Assembly: GCA_048571215.1 (NCBI GenBank)
Contig: CP182352.1
Span: 3,488,001 to 3,552,000, forward strand
Length of the DNA: 64,000 bases
Direction of reading: 5' to 3'
Origin: Halarcobacter sp.
Lineage (GTDB): Bacteria > Campylobacterota > Campylobacteria > Campylobacterales > Arcobacteraceae
Part shown: piece by piece, positions 10,949-19,779 of the stretch
Layout: each line of letters starts with the position of its first letter
Position numbering within the stretch: position 1 is the stretch's first letter
Position numbers and translations under genes: made by a program
Notes under the pieces: generated by a model
Told to the model about the DNA's origin: nothing
Seen by the model: the letters and a program-made list of their open reading frames with translations, nothing else
Database searches by the model: none

Positions 10949-12052
10949 ATGTCAAGAGAATATAGAATAGAAGATATATCATATCAAGTATCAGACTATT
11001 GTCCAGGACCATGTAGATTTTGTTCTATGTGGAAACTTCCAAAAAGACAAGATGAAGAGCTTACAAGCGAAGAGTTAGATTCTATTTTTTCATCTAAATA
11101 TTTAGATTTGAAAAAAGTTCATATAACAGGTGGTGAACCACATTTAAGTGATAATTATTTTAGGGCTATTGATTCTATTGCTAAATTTCATCCTGATACA
11201 GTAATTGACTCACCAATTACTGGATGGTTCCCCGATAGACATGAAGAGATTGCAAAATATGCATTGAAAAAAATGGATTTAATTAGACTTGACATCTCTT
11301 TGGATGGAGATGAAGAGGTTAATGGTAAAATTAGATTACATAAAGATGGGTTTGCAAAATCTATAGAAACTATTGAAAGACTTAAAAAAATAAAAGGTGT
11401 AGCATTAAGACTTCAGTTTACAATTTATAAACAAAACTTACATCAAATTGAGTGGGCATATAATTTTGCTAAAGAGTTAGGAGTGGGACTTTATATAGGA
11501 TACGGTAGGTTTAATCCGGAGAGATACCGAAATGTCAAAGATAATTTAACTCAAAAAGAGCTTGCAAAAGATGATTTCTTTTTAACTGTTGAAGATAGAG
11601 CTGAGATAGATAGACAACTAAAAGCTATAGGGTATGATAAGAGTAGATATGCTTTTAAATATCAATTTCAAAAATCACTTTTTGATGGTAAACCATTTGA
11701 TATGAATTGTTATATGGGAAGTAGAAATGTTGATGTTGATCCATATGGAAATCTATATCCATGTCTTCTTTGGCTACCTTACTTAAAAATGGGGAATATT
11801 AGAGAAGATGGAGGTTTTGATCAAGCTTTAGAAAAAAATATTCATATTTTAGATAAAATTGAAAACAAAGAGTGCCAAAAAGATTGTTTATTTACTTGTG
11901 CAAATAAATGTGAGATAGTAAACTCTGATATTAAATCTGTGGGAATGATTCCATATAGTGGTGGTAAATATGGTTTTGTATTTAGTGAAAATGATTTAAT
12001 CCCTTTAAGACCTTGGTGGTATGATGAATATAAAGAGAAAGGTTTAATATAA
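10949..12052 (+). CDS. Radical SAM enzyme with Twitch/SPASM-type domain (rSAM4)
   Basis: CPGPCRFC, ITGGEPHL, ISLDG; CYMG...DPYGNLYPC...MGNI...CQKDC. Confidence 0.9.
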   Translation: MSREYRIEDISYQVSDYCPGPCRFCSMWKLPKRQDEELTSEELDSIFSSKYLDLKKVHITGGEPHLSDNYFRAIDSIAKFHPDTVIDSPITGWFPDRHEEIAKYALKKMDLIRLDISLDGDEEVNGKIRLHKDGFAKSIETIERLKKIKGVALRLQFTIYKQNLHQIEWAYNFAKELGVGLYIGYGRFNPERYRNVKDNLTQKELAKDDFFLTVEDRAEIDRQLKAIGYDKSRYAFKYQFQKSLFDGKPFDMNCYMGSRNVDVDPYGNLYPCLLWLPYLKMGNIREDGGFDQALEKNIHILDKIENKECQKDCLFTCANKCEIVNSDIKSVGMIPYSGGKYGFVFSENDLIPLRPWWYDEYKEKGLI

Positions 12053-12056
12053 ACTT

Positions 12057-13118
12057 ATGATATGGTTTGATCTAGTAACTCCAAAATCAGTATTATTTTT
12101 TATTCCTATAATAAAAGAGATAGAGCGTCGTGGTCGAAAAGTTTTAATTACTGCACGTGAGGGAGCTGGTTATTCTGAGGTAGTAGAGTTATTAAGACTA
12201 TATGAAATGAAGTTTGTTAACAGAGGGGAGTTTGGTGGAGCAGGGTTAAAAGATAAACTCCATGCTTCAATTGAGCGTCAAAAATCTCTTATGGAGTTTG
12301 TAACTTTATATGATATAAATAGACTGGTATGTTTATGTTCTGTAGATGCAAACAGGGTAGCTTTTGGATTGGGAATTCCTGTTGTTAATTTTTATGATAT
12401 TCCTTTATCTGATTATAATACAAATTTTAAAAAAGCTTTGCCTCAAGCTAGACTTACTTTGCCTTTATCCTCAAAGGTATTTAAACCTTTTGTTGTTCCA
12501 GATGAAATTTTTTTAAGATTTTCTTTAGATGAAGAGCAAATATTTGATTATAATTTTATAGATCCACTTATTTGGTTAAAAGATATTAAACCAGATTTCT
12601 CTTATGTAAAAGATGTATTGAAACCTTATGGTTTAAATTTAAATAAGAAGTTAATAATTATAAGGGAAGAGGAGTATAAATCTTCATATGTAGATAAAAA
12701 ATATCCTATCCTTTATGAAGTTTTAGAAGATATACAAAAGAAACATGATGCAAATATTGTAATTATTCCAAGATATGAGAGTAGTTATTTAAAAGAGGAA
12801 TTCCCATTTGCAACTATTTTAGAAGAAAAAGTTGTAATTCAACATCTATTAGCTTATGCTGATTTATTCATTGGAGGGGGAGGTACTTTAAACACTGAAG
12901 CATGTTTTTTCAATACTCCTACAATCTCTACAAGAAGTTTTATTTGTCATTATGATAAATATCAAATAGATAATGATTTAATGGTTTGGGTAAACTCTAA
13001 AGAGGAATTGCTTCTTCGTGTAGACGAGTTTATAAATAGAAAACAAAGAAAAAGAAAAAATATTTTTGATAGTATGAGTTTAGATATTTCAACTTTGACA
13101 GATCAGATACTTGCATAA
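12057..13118 (+). CDS. DUF354-family GT-B fold protein
   Basis: IWFDLVTPK...FF.PII, LITAR, AFGLGIP, IIREEE..SSY, DLFIGGGGTLNTEA. Confidence 0.8.
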   Translation: MIWFDLVTPKSVLFFIPIIKEIERRGRKVLITAREGAGYSEVVELLRLYEMKFVNRGEFGGAGLKDKLHASIERQKSLMEFVTLYDINRLVCLCSVDANRVAFGLGIPVVNFYDIPLSDYNTNFKKALPQARLTLPLSSKVFKPFVVPDEIFLRFSLDEEQIFDYNFIDPLIWLKDIKPDFSYVKDVLKPYGLNLNKKLIIIREEEYKSSYVDKKYPILYEVLEDIQKKHDANIVIIPRYESSYLKEEFPFATILEEKVVIQHLLAYADLFIGGGGTLNTEACFFNTPTISTRSFICHYDKYQIDNDLMVWVNSKEELLLRVDEFINRKQRKRKNIFDSMSLDISTLTDQILA

Positions 13119-13127
13119 AGGAAACAA

Positions 13128-15185
13128 ATGTCTTTAGAAAAATCCCAAGAACAATTGCAAAAAATATTAATAGAAACTTATTTTTCAAATTTAGAGTTTT
13201 TAAAACAATTTGATAAAAACCTTTTTAATAGAGTAGAGCAGCTATCTTCAGTGATTAATAGTGGACTTTATCCTGAAAGATATTTTTTAGAATTTATTCA
13301 AGATGTTGGAGAGTTTGATATTTATGATTCCCATACAAAAGAATATTTATATAAAAAAAATCCTAAAAAGATTAACCATAAATTAGTAAATGATATAAAA
13401 CTTGATAAGAGTTCATATTTTTCTTCGATGTTAACTGAACCATATGATTTAAAGTTAGAATCTAAAGAGATTAATATGGATTATGAGACATATGAAGATA
13501 TAGAGTATTTAATAGTTAATGATATGAAAAAATTTACCCAAATATTAAAAGATGACACTTTAAGTAGTAAATCATATAAATATGTAGAAAAATTTATTTT
13601 TATGGGAACACTTTTAGGTAGACATATTTTAGATGCTCACAAAAAAATAAAAGCAAAAAGCTATTTTATTTGCGAAGATAATTTAGAAGTTTTTAGATTA
13701 TCTTTGTTTGTTATAAATTATGTAGAAGTTTATAGGGATTCAAAGTTAACTCTTTCAATAATGGATGATGAAAATATTTTTATAACAAAATATCAACTCT
13801 TTTTAGAGCAAAATCCAGATGAAAACTATTATATAAAATATTGCACAACAAATTACAATGTTTCATCAATGATGCAAAGGGTGATTTCAACGATGTATAA
13901 AACAAATCCAATGGTATTTGATTATACAAGGGTATTGTATAACTTGGTAAAGTTAACTTCCCAACGAGTAAATAAAGATAATATATTAACTATCTCTAAA
14001 AAAAGAGATAGTTTTAATTTTGCTGAAGGTAAACCTGTGATATTTGTTGCTGCAGGACCATCTTTGCAAGATAATATTTCATGGCTTAAATCAAATCAAA
14101 ATAAATTTATTGTTGTTGCTATTGGTGCTTCTTATAAAATGTTATTAAAAAATGGAATTACACCAGATATAATAAGTACTATTGAACCAAGTTTTAGAGA
14201 CTTGAAAAAATTTCATTTTACAGATGAAGACTTAGAGAAATTACAAGAAACAATTATTTTAGCTTCTGTTATTACACCTGAACAATTAACAAATAAATTT
14301 AATAAAGAAAAAGTTTTTTATTTTGAAATAAATAATTCATTTAAAAGTAACTCAACACCATATAAAGGGTATAGTGTAGGAGAACTTACTGTAGCAATCT
14401 TATTACATTTAGGTATAGAAAAACTATATTTGTTGGGTACTGACTTGGCAATTAATTCAAAAACTGGGGAAACTCATTTCTCTGATTATAAAGATTTAGA
14501 AAAAAAAGATATAAAAGAGAAAGACTCTAATAAATCATTGAAGACAACAAAAACAACTTTTAAAGATGATTTGGTTCCTGTAAAAGGAAACTTTAATGAT
14601 GAAGTTTTAACCACCCGCATATTTATAATGTCTATTTTTGCTTATATGCAAATTTTACAAGAGTTTAAAAAAGAAAATCAAAAAGTAATTAACCTCTCTG
14701 ATCATGGAGCATATTTAGAAGGAACTATCCCATTAAAAATAGAAGAGTTAGACTTAACAAACAATGAAAATATAGATAAAAAAGTTTTAAATAATTTTTT
14801 AGTTGAAAAGCTAAATGAAGTTAGTGAAAATAGATTGACACAAGAAGAGTTAGAAGGGGTAAAAAAAGAGATAGCATATTTTGATAATTTAGTTTTTGAG
14901 TTGAAAAATGACTTATCAAGAGATATTAATAGTTTTAAGGATTTAAAATCATTAATGTATGATACGGAACAGAGTATTAAAAAAATAGGTTATCCCACAC
15001 TTATGAACTATCTTATGGAACAGTATTCAAAATTTGCAAATCTTTATATATGCTATCATTTTAATGACAAGAAATTAAAAAATGAGTTTAAGAAGATTAA
15101 AGCTGTAAAAGAGGTATGGCTAAAACAAGTTATTAATTTATTAGAACAATATCTTAAGTATTTGAAAAATATGATTGATTCTTAA
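13128..15185 (+). CDS. maf: Motility-associated factor (Maf, DUF115), flagellin glycosyltransferase
   Basis: FMGTLLGRH, VAAGPSL, GITPD, GYSVG, YLLGTDLA...H, VKGNF, NLSDHGAYLEG; next to the flagellins. Confidence 0.88.
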   Translation: MSLEKSQEQLQKILIETYFSNLEFLKQFDKNLFNRVEQLSSVINSGLYPERYFLEFIQDVGEFDIYDSHTKEYLYKKNPKKINHKLVNDIKLDKSSYFSSMLTEPYDLKLESKEINMDYETYEDIEYLIVNDMKKFTQILKDDTLSSKSYKYVEKFIFMGTLLGRHILDAHKKIKAKSYFICEDNLEVFRLSLFVINYVEVYRDSKLTLSIMDDENIFITKYQLFLEQNPDENYYIKYCTTNYNVSSMMQRVISTMYKTNPMVFDYTRVLYNLVKLTSQRVNKDNILTISKKRDSFNFAEGKPVIFVAAGPSLQDNISWLKSNQNKFIVVAIGASYKMLLKNGITPDIISTIEPSFRDLKKFHFTDEDLEKLQETIILASVITPEQLTNKFNKEKVFYFEINNSFKSNSTPYKGYSVGELTVAILLHLGIEKLYLLGTDLAINSKTGETHFSDYKDLEKKDIKEKDSNKSLKTTKTTFKDDLVPVKGNFNDEVLTTRIFIMSIFAYMQILQEFKKENQKVINLSDHGAYLEGTIPLKIEELDLTNNENIDKKVLNNFLVEKLNEVSENRLTQEELEGVKKEIAYFDNLVFELKNDLSRDINSFKDLKSLMYDTEQSIKKIGYPTLMNYLMEQYSKFANLYICYHFNDKKLKNEFKKIKAVKEVWLKQVINLLEQYLKYLKNMIDS

Positions 15186-16990
15186 GTTAGTATTTTTATT
15201 AAGTAATCAATCACTTCTAATCTTTGTTTATGAAATATATTTATATTGTTTTTTTGTTTTGTAGCTTTGAAATAAGGACTTACGAGTTTTTCAAACTTGA
15301 TTAAAATATTTAAAACTATAGACTCTGGGTATTCTTTTTTTAAGTTTACTAATATTATATCAAACTCTTTTTCATCACTTTTTTTTAGTTCTTTAAGTAA
15401 AACTATCTCTTTTTTACAATTTTCTATACTTGCTTTACCAAGTTTACTTATGGATTGAGAATTTAATTCCTTGGTTAAAGTTTTTTGTATTGATGACTTG
15501 TCTTCTATTTTTTTATTTTTGATAGTATCTATTTTTGTAGGGATACAATTTTTAAGATAAGCTCCATCAGATAAGTTAAAAACCTTTTTATTTATTGTTT
15601 TTGATAGAGTTTCAAATCTATCAATAATCTCTTTAAAGGCCAAGCTAGTATCTACAGTTTTTTTAAAGTTACCTTTGATTTTTATTAGTGTAGTTTTATA
15701 GTCTGAACTATTTTGCATATTTTCAAGTTGTATATTTTGTTGGTGCAAGGAGTCATGTGAATTTAGGGTATTTGAATATGCAGCATCAATTCCTAATAGA
15801 TATAAAGATGAAAAATTAAATATAGAGGCTATCTCAAACATACAATCACCAACAGATACAGGATAAAAGCTTTTTACTTCTTTTATGAAATTAATTGAAA
15901 TCTCAATCATATAAGTTTTTGAAGATAGTATTCTCTCAATAACTAGTCTATTAGTTTTGGAAGATACAAGAATGGTACTTGTTTCATAAAACTTTTTATC
16001 AACATTAAACTGCTCTAATATCTCCTTTTTTTTCTTATCTATACAAACAACCATATCTGGAACTACATCAAGAAAAGCTAATCTTTTCAGTGCAGCAGAA
16101 GCACATATAATATAAAAGTTTTTGTGGTGTTTTTTTATAAACTCTTGATATTTTTCCAAAGATGGACCTGCCCCAAGAATCAGTGCAGGTATGTTTTTTT
16201 TCTCAAAGTTATCTTTAAAAGATATAAATGGAATTTGTGTATGGTTTAGATTATACAAAGCTCTTTTTATATTTATAATATCTTCTGAATAAACATCAAT
16301 AAATGGATTTTTGGAAATCAACAAATTTTTAAGTAAAGATATTAAATCAATATACTCTTCGCTTGCAAGTTCAAATTTTATTAAATTGTTATCTTGATAT
16401 TTATATTCTAAGAACTCTTCTACCGTTTGGCTTAACTCTTTTTGATTTTCTTCTATTGAAAAAAATAGTTTTGATGTTTTTGCAATTTCTGTATAATCTG
16501 TTAGAAATAAACTTAATCTAAATATTTCAATATTAGGTTCAACAATTAAATAAGTTGATTGTTTTTCAATTCTATGAATATCATTTAGATGTACTCCTAA
16601 CAATGTCCCAATAAAAATAAATTTTTTATTACTATTTGTTTCTATTTTATTTAAATAAGTATGAACAAGTGAATGTCCTGATAATTCATCACTATCATTA
16701 AGATTTTTATCATCTATAGAATCAACTATAATTTTAAAATAAGCGTTTGAACTTTTAATAGATTCAGCTCTACATTTTGCATCATAAAAGGGATCACAGT
16801 TATACACCTTTTTATTTTTAATATATAGTTCAAAGTGGTTGTTCTCAAAATTAATATAACTATTCTCAATACCTTTTTTTTCAAAATCATATATTTTTTT
16901 ATAAATCAATGGATAGTTTATTTTTAGGTATGTAGTATTTTGTTGATAAATTTCTAATAGGGTATTTTGTAGATTATTTAAATCATTCAT
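15182..16990 (-). CDS. maf: Second Maf (DUF115) protein
   Basis: FIGTLLGVH, LGAGPSL, VVPD, SVG, YLLGIDAA, IKGNF, NLSDGAYL. Confidence 0.85.
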   Translation of the reverse strand: MNDLNNLQNTLLEIYQQNTTYLKINYPLIYKKIYDFEKKGIENSYINFENNHFELYIKNKKVYNCDPFYDAKCRAESIKSSNAYFKIIVDSIDDKNLNDSDELSGHSLVHTYLNKIETNSNKKFIFIGTLLGVHLNDIHRIEKQSTYLIVEPNIEIFRLSLFLTDYTEIAKTSKLFFSIEENQKELSQTVEEFLEYKYQDNNLIKFELASEEYIDLISLLKNLLISKNPFIDVYSEDIINIKRALYNLNHTQIPFISFKDNFEKKNIPALILGAGPSLEKYQEFIKKHHKNFYIICASAALKRLAFLDVVPDMVVCIDKKKKEILEQFNVDKKFYETSTILVSSKTNRLVIERILSSKTYMIEISINFIKEVKSFYPVSVGDCMFEIASIFNFSSLYLLGIDAAYSNTLNSHDSLHQQNIQLENMQNSSDYKTTLIKIKGNFKKTVDTSLAFKEIIDRFETLSKTINKKVFNLSDGAYLKNCIPTKIDTIKNKKIEDKSSIQKTLTKELNSQSISKLGKASIENCKKEIVLLKELKKSDEKEFDIILVNLKKEYPESIVLNILIKFEKLVSPYFKATKQKNNINIFHKQRLEVIDYLIKILT

Positions 16991-17078
16991 CTTCTCTCTT
17001 TTAATTAATTGATTATAATGAGAGTAATATTAAATAAAGGTTAGTTAGTTTTTTTTGATTGATATAGGAAGTTGAGAT

Positions 17079-17116
17079 ATGTAGTTAGCAGTAACTTAAA
17101 GTTACTACTACTACAT
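17079..17116 (-). terminator. 3' hairpin of flagellin 1 (terminator or stabiliser; no clear U tract)
   Basis: ATGTAGT-TAGCAGTAACT-TAA-AGTTACTACTACTACAT inverted repeat. Confidence 0.55.
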
Positions 17117-17129
17117 GAAAGGATTATTA

Positions 17130-17978
17130 CTATTGTAATAATCTTAAAACATTTTGTTGTGTATTGTTAGCTTGCGAAATAGCATAAGATCCCGCTTGCG
17201 AAATAATGTTTTGTTTATTGAAATTAGCTGATTCTTGCGCATAATCAACATCTCTAATGATAGACTCGGCTGCTTTAACATTTGTAGCTTGAGTCATAAG
17301 GTTTCTAACTGCAGATTCAACTTGATTTTGAGTAGAACCTATCTCCCCTCTATTACTATTAAGAGTAGTAATAGCAGAATCAATAACTGTTTGTTGAGAA
17401 GCAGCAAGAGTTTTACTAATACCACCAGCATCAACAGAAGTTTTTAAAGTAGCTAAACTTAATCCGCCTGTATTTGACTGAATTGCAGCAGTTGAAATAG
17501 TATCAGATGAAGTTTCTCCAATTTGGAAATTTAATCCAGCAGTTGCAGCAGAAGAAGTTGCACTAGATTGTAAAAGATACGTACCATTGTAGTTTGTTTG
17601 TGACGCAATATTATTTAACTGAGTAAGTAATTTACTAACATCATCGGCAATAGCATTTCTACCAGCAGTAGAAGTTGTATCAGTGTTTGCTTGAATCAAT
17701 TTAGCTTTGATAGTATCTAAGATATTAGATTGTTCTGACATAGATTTATCAGCGATTTGAAGTAAAGCAACAGCTGAATTACCATTGTCAACAGCTTGGT
17801 TAATAGATGAAGCTTGTGTTCTTAATTTATCTGCAATAGCAAGACCAGAAGCATCATCTGACGCTTTATTGATTCTAAGACCTGAACTTAATTTTTCTAA
17901 CGAATTTTTGATATTAAAATTCGTATTACTTGCACTTTCTTGTGCAGTTAATGATGAAACATTTGTATTAATTCTCAT
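17130..17978 (-). CDS. fla: Flagellin 1 (282 aa)
   Basis: MRINTN...LEKLSSGLRINKASDDASGL; IRDVDYA...VLRLLQ. The start at 17978 follows AAAGGA. Confidence 0.98.
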   Translation of the reverse strand: MRINTNVSSLTAQESASNTNFNIKNSLEKLSSGLRINKASDDASGLAIADKLRTQASSINQAVDNGNSAVALLQIADKSMSEQSNILDTIKAKLIQANTDTTSTAGRNAIADDVSKLLTQLNNIASQTNYNGTYLLQSSATSSAATAGLNFQIGETSSDTISTAAIQSNTGGLSLATLKTSVDAGGISKTLAASQQTVIDSAITTLNSNRGEIGSTQNQVESAVRNLMTQATNVKAAESIIRDVDYAQESANFNKQNIISQAGSYAISQANNTQQNVLRLLQ

Positions 17979-18092
17979 AATAGATCCTTTCTTATTATGA
18001 CACAATGTAAATATAATTTATATTTACTCCTAAAACATTCTTGTTTTATCAAGCATGGAGAACAAGTCTCCTCGGAATCCATTGATCCCTAC
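17979..18092 (-). promoter_or_regulatory. Structured 5' leader of flagellin 1 (four hairpins)
   Basis: Hairpins at 18074-18089, 18057-18071, 18040-18053 and 18007-18027; they covary with the flagellin 2 leader. Confidence 0.7.
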
Positions 18093-18098
18093 ACTGAA

Positions 18099-18132
18099 AT
18101 TATGACACTATTAAACTTAAAATTAGATTAAA
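18099..18132 (-). promoter_or_regulatory. Putative sigma70-type promoter of flagellin 1
   Basis: Minus strand TTTAATCTAATTTTAAG-N8-TGTCATAAT (extended -10); aligns with the flagellin 2 upstream region. Confidence 0.55.
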
Positions 18133-18384
18133 TTTATAAAAAATCAAGAAATGGATAAAATTATTTAAAATATTTTGAATTTAATTTCTAAGAGAGAGAT
18201 TTCATTTATACTATATTATCGTATTTATATACTTAAAATTAGATTAATTAAGTATATAAATAGAAATGGTAAAAATTATTATTTTAATATAGTCAAATTA
18301 TTGATTTTAGTTGGATATATAAAAGTAGTTATATAAATATTGATATTTAAACTTGGAGAAAAAAATCTTTACATAAAAATACAT

Positions 18385-18409
18385 AAAGTAGTAGTAAACC
18401 TACTACTTT
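18385..18409 (-). terminator. Intrinsic terminator downstream of flagellin 2
   Basis: AAAGTAGTAG-N5-CTACTACTTT followed by T-rich sequence on the minus strand. Confidence 0.7.
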
Positions 18410-18479
18410 AAGCATTTTTGTAATAATCTTAATAGAAATGCAATCTAAGTAAATAAATTTACTACTGCTAGATTACTTC

Positions 18480-19328
18480 TTATTGAAGTAATCTAAGAAC
18501 GTTTTGAGCGGTATTGTTAGCCTGCGAAATAGCATAAGATCCCGCTTGCGAAATAATGTTTTGTTTATTGAAATTAGCTGATTCTTTTGCATAATCAACA
18601 TCTCTAATGATAGACTCGGCTGCTTTAACATTTGTAGATTGAGTCATAAGGTTTCTAACTGCAGATTCAACTTGATTTTGAGTAGAACCTATCTCCCCTC
18701 TATTACTATTAAGAGTAGTAATAGCAGAATCAATAACTGTTTGTTGAGAAGCAGCAAGAGTTTTACTAATACCACCAGCATCAACAGAAGTTTTTAAAGT
18801 AGCTAAACTTAATCCTGTTGTATTTGACTGAATTGCAGCAGTTGAAATAGTATCAGATGAAGTTTCTCCAATTTGGAAATTTAATCCAGCAGTTGCAGCA
18901 GAAGAAGTTGCACTAGATTGTAAAAGATACATACCATTGTAGTTTGTTTGTGACGCAATATTATTTAACTGAGTAAGTAATTTACTAACATCATCGGCAA
19001 TAGCATTTCTACCAGCAGTAGAAGTTGTATCAGTGTTTGCTTGAATCAATTTAGCTTTGATAGTATCTAAGATATTAGATTGTTCTGACATAGATTTATC
19101 AGCGATTTGAAGTAAAGCAACAGCTGAATTACCATTGTCAACAGCTTGGTTAATAGATGTAGCTTGTGTTCTTAATTTATCTGCAATAGCAAGACCAGAA
19201 GCATCATCTGACGCTTTATTAATTTTAAGACCTGAACTTAATTTTTCTAACGAATTTTTAATGTTAAAATTTGTGTTAGCAGCAGCTTCCTGCGCATTTA
19301 ATGATGATATATTTGTATTAATTCTCAT
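18480..19328 (-). CDS. fla: Flagellin 2 (282 aa)
   Basis: Flagellin N- and C-terminal motifs; about 11 aa differences from flagellin 1. Confidence 0.98.
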   Translation of the reverse strand: MRINTNISSLNAQEAAANTNFNIKNSLEKLSSGLKINKASDDASGLAIADKLRTQATSINQAVDNGNSAVALLQIADKSMSEQSNILDTIKAKLIQANTDTTSTAGRNAIADDVSKLLTQLNNIASQTNYNGMYLLQSSATSSAATAGLNFQIGETSSDTISTAAIQSNTTGLSLATLKTSVDAGGISKTLAASQQTVIDSAITTLNSNRGEIGSTQNQVESAVRNLMTQSTNVKAAESIIRDVDYAKESANFNKQNIISQAGSYAISQANNTAQNVLRLLQ

Positions 19329-19450
19329 AATAGATCCTTTCTTATTATGACACAATGTAAATATAATTTATATCTACGCCTTAAAACCTTCTTGAAAAAA
19401 TCAAGCATAGAGAGAAAATCTCTTCGGAAGCCATTGCTCCCTAAAGTTAT
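19329..19450 (-). promoter_or_regulatory. Structured 5' leader of flagellin 2
   Basis: Hairpins at 19426-19441, 19409-19423, 19391-19405 and 19357-19377. Confidence 0.7.
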
Positions 19451-19680
19451 AATGTAATTATTACACACCAATTCTTAATATTAGTTTAAATATATTATAG
19501 TTACTGAAATATTTTTATATTTTGTATTAAAATAAAAATTATTCTATAATAAAGAAAACATATGTTTTGTATGTAGTAGTGAAAACTAGTGCTATAAGAG
19601 TTATTTTAAAATTTTTGATTGATTTAGATTACTTTTTATTAAAGTAGTCCAAGAATATTGTGACAGCAATGTATAAAGTA

Positions 19681-19705
19681 AAAGTAGCAGTTCTGCTGCT
19701 ACTTT
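19681..19705 (-). terminator. Intrinsic terminator downstream of flagellin 3
   Basis: AAAGTAGCAG-N5-CTGCTACTTT followed by TACTTT on the minus strand. Confidence 0.7.
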
Positions 19706-19779
19706 AATGATTATTATAATAATTTAAGAACGTTTTCAAGGAAACATTCTGCGTAGCTTACGCTACTAGTCCTAGATTA

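Noticed and set aside
2525..12052. RiPP cluster (SPASM maturases with a precursor peptide)
   Set aside because: No small precursor ORF, peptidase or exporter; intergenic gaps are tiny and the neighbours are sugar enzymes.
1..17000. Phase-variable poly-G/C tracts as in Campylobacter maf and glycosylation genes
   Set aside because: No long G/C runs seen; A/T runs of 8-9 are expected at this AT content and all frames are intact.
17979..18005. MCHNKKGSI N-terminal extension on flagellins 1 and 2 in the ORF track
   Set aside because: It spans the SD (AAAGGA), and flagellin 3 begins at MRINTN; this is conserved leader sequence, not protein.
17979..18092. c-di-GMP-I/II or other known riboswitch in the flagellin leader
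   Set aside because: No GEMM-type GGCAAA/GNRA-receptor pattern or kink-turn recognised; kept as an unknown structure.
18215..18246. Possible sigma28 -10 (ACGATAAT, minus strand) upstream of flagellin 1
   Set aside because: Only the CGAT core matches, it is absent upstream of flagellin 2, and it can equally be read as a sigma70 GATAAT.
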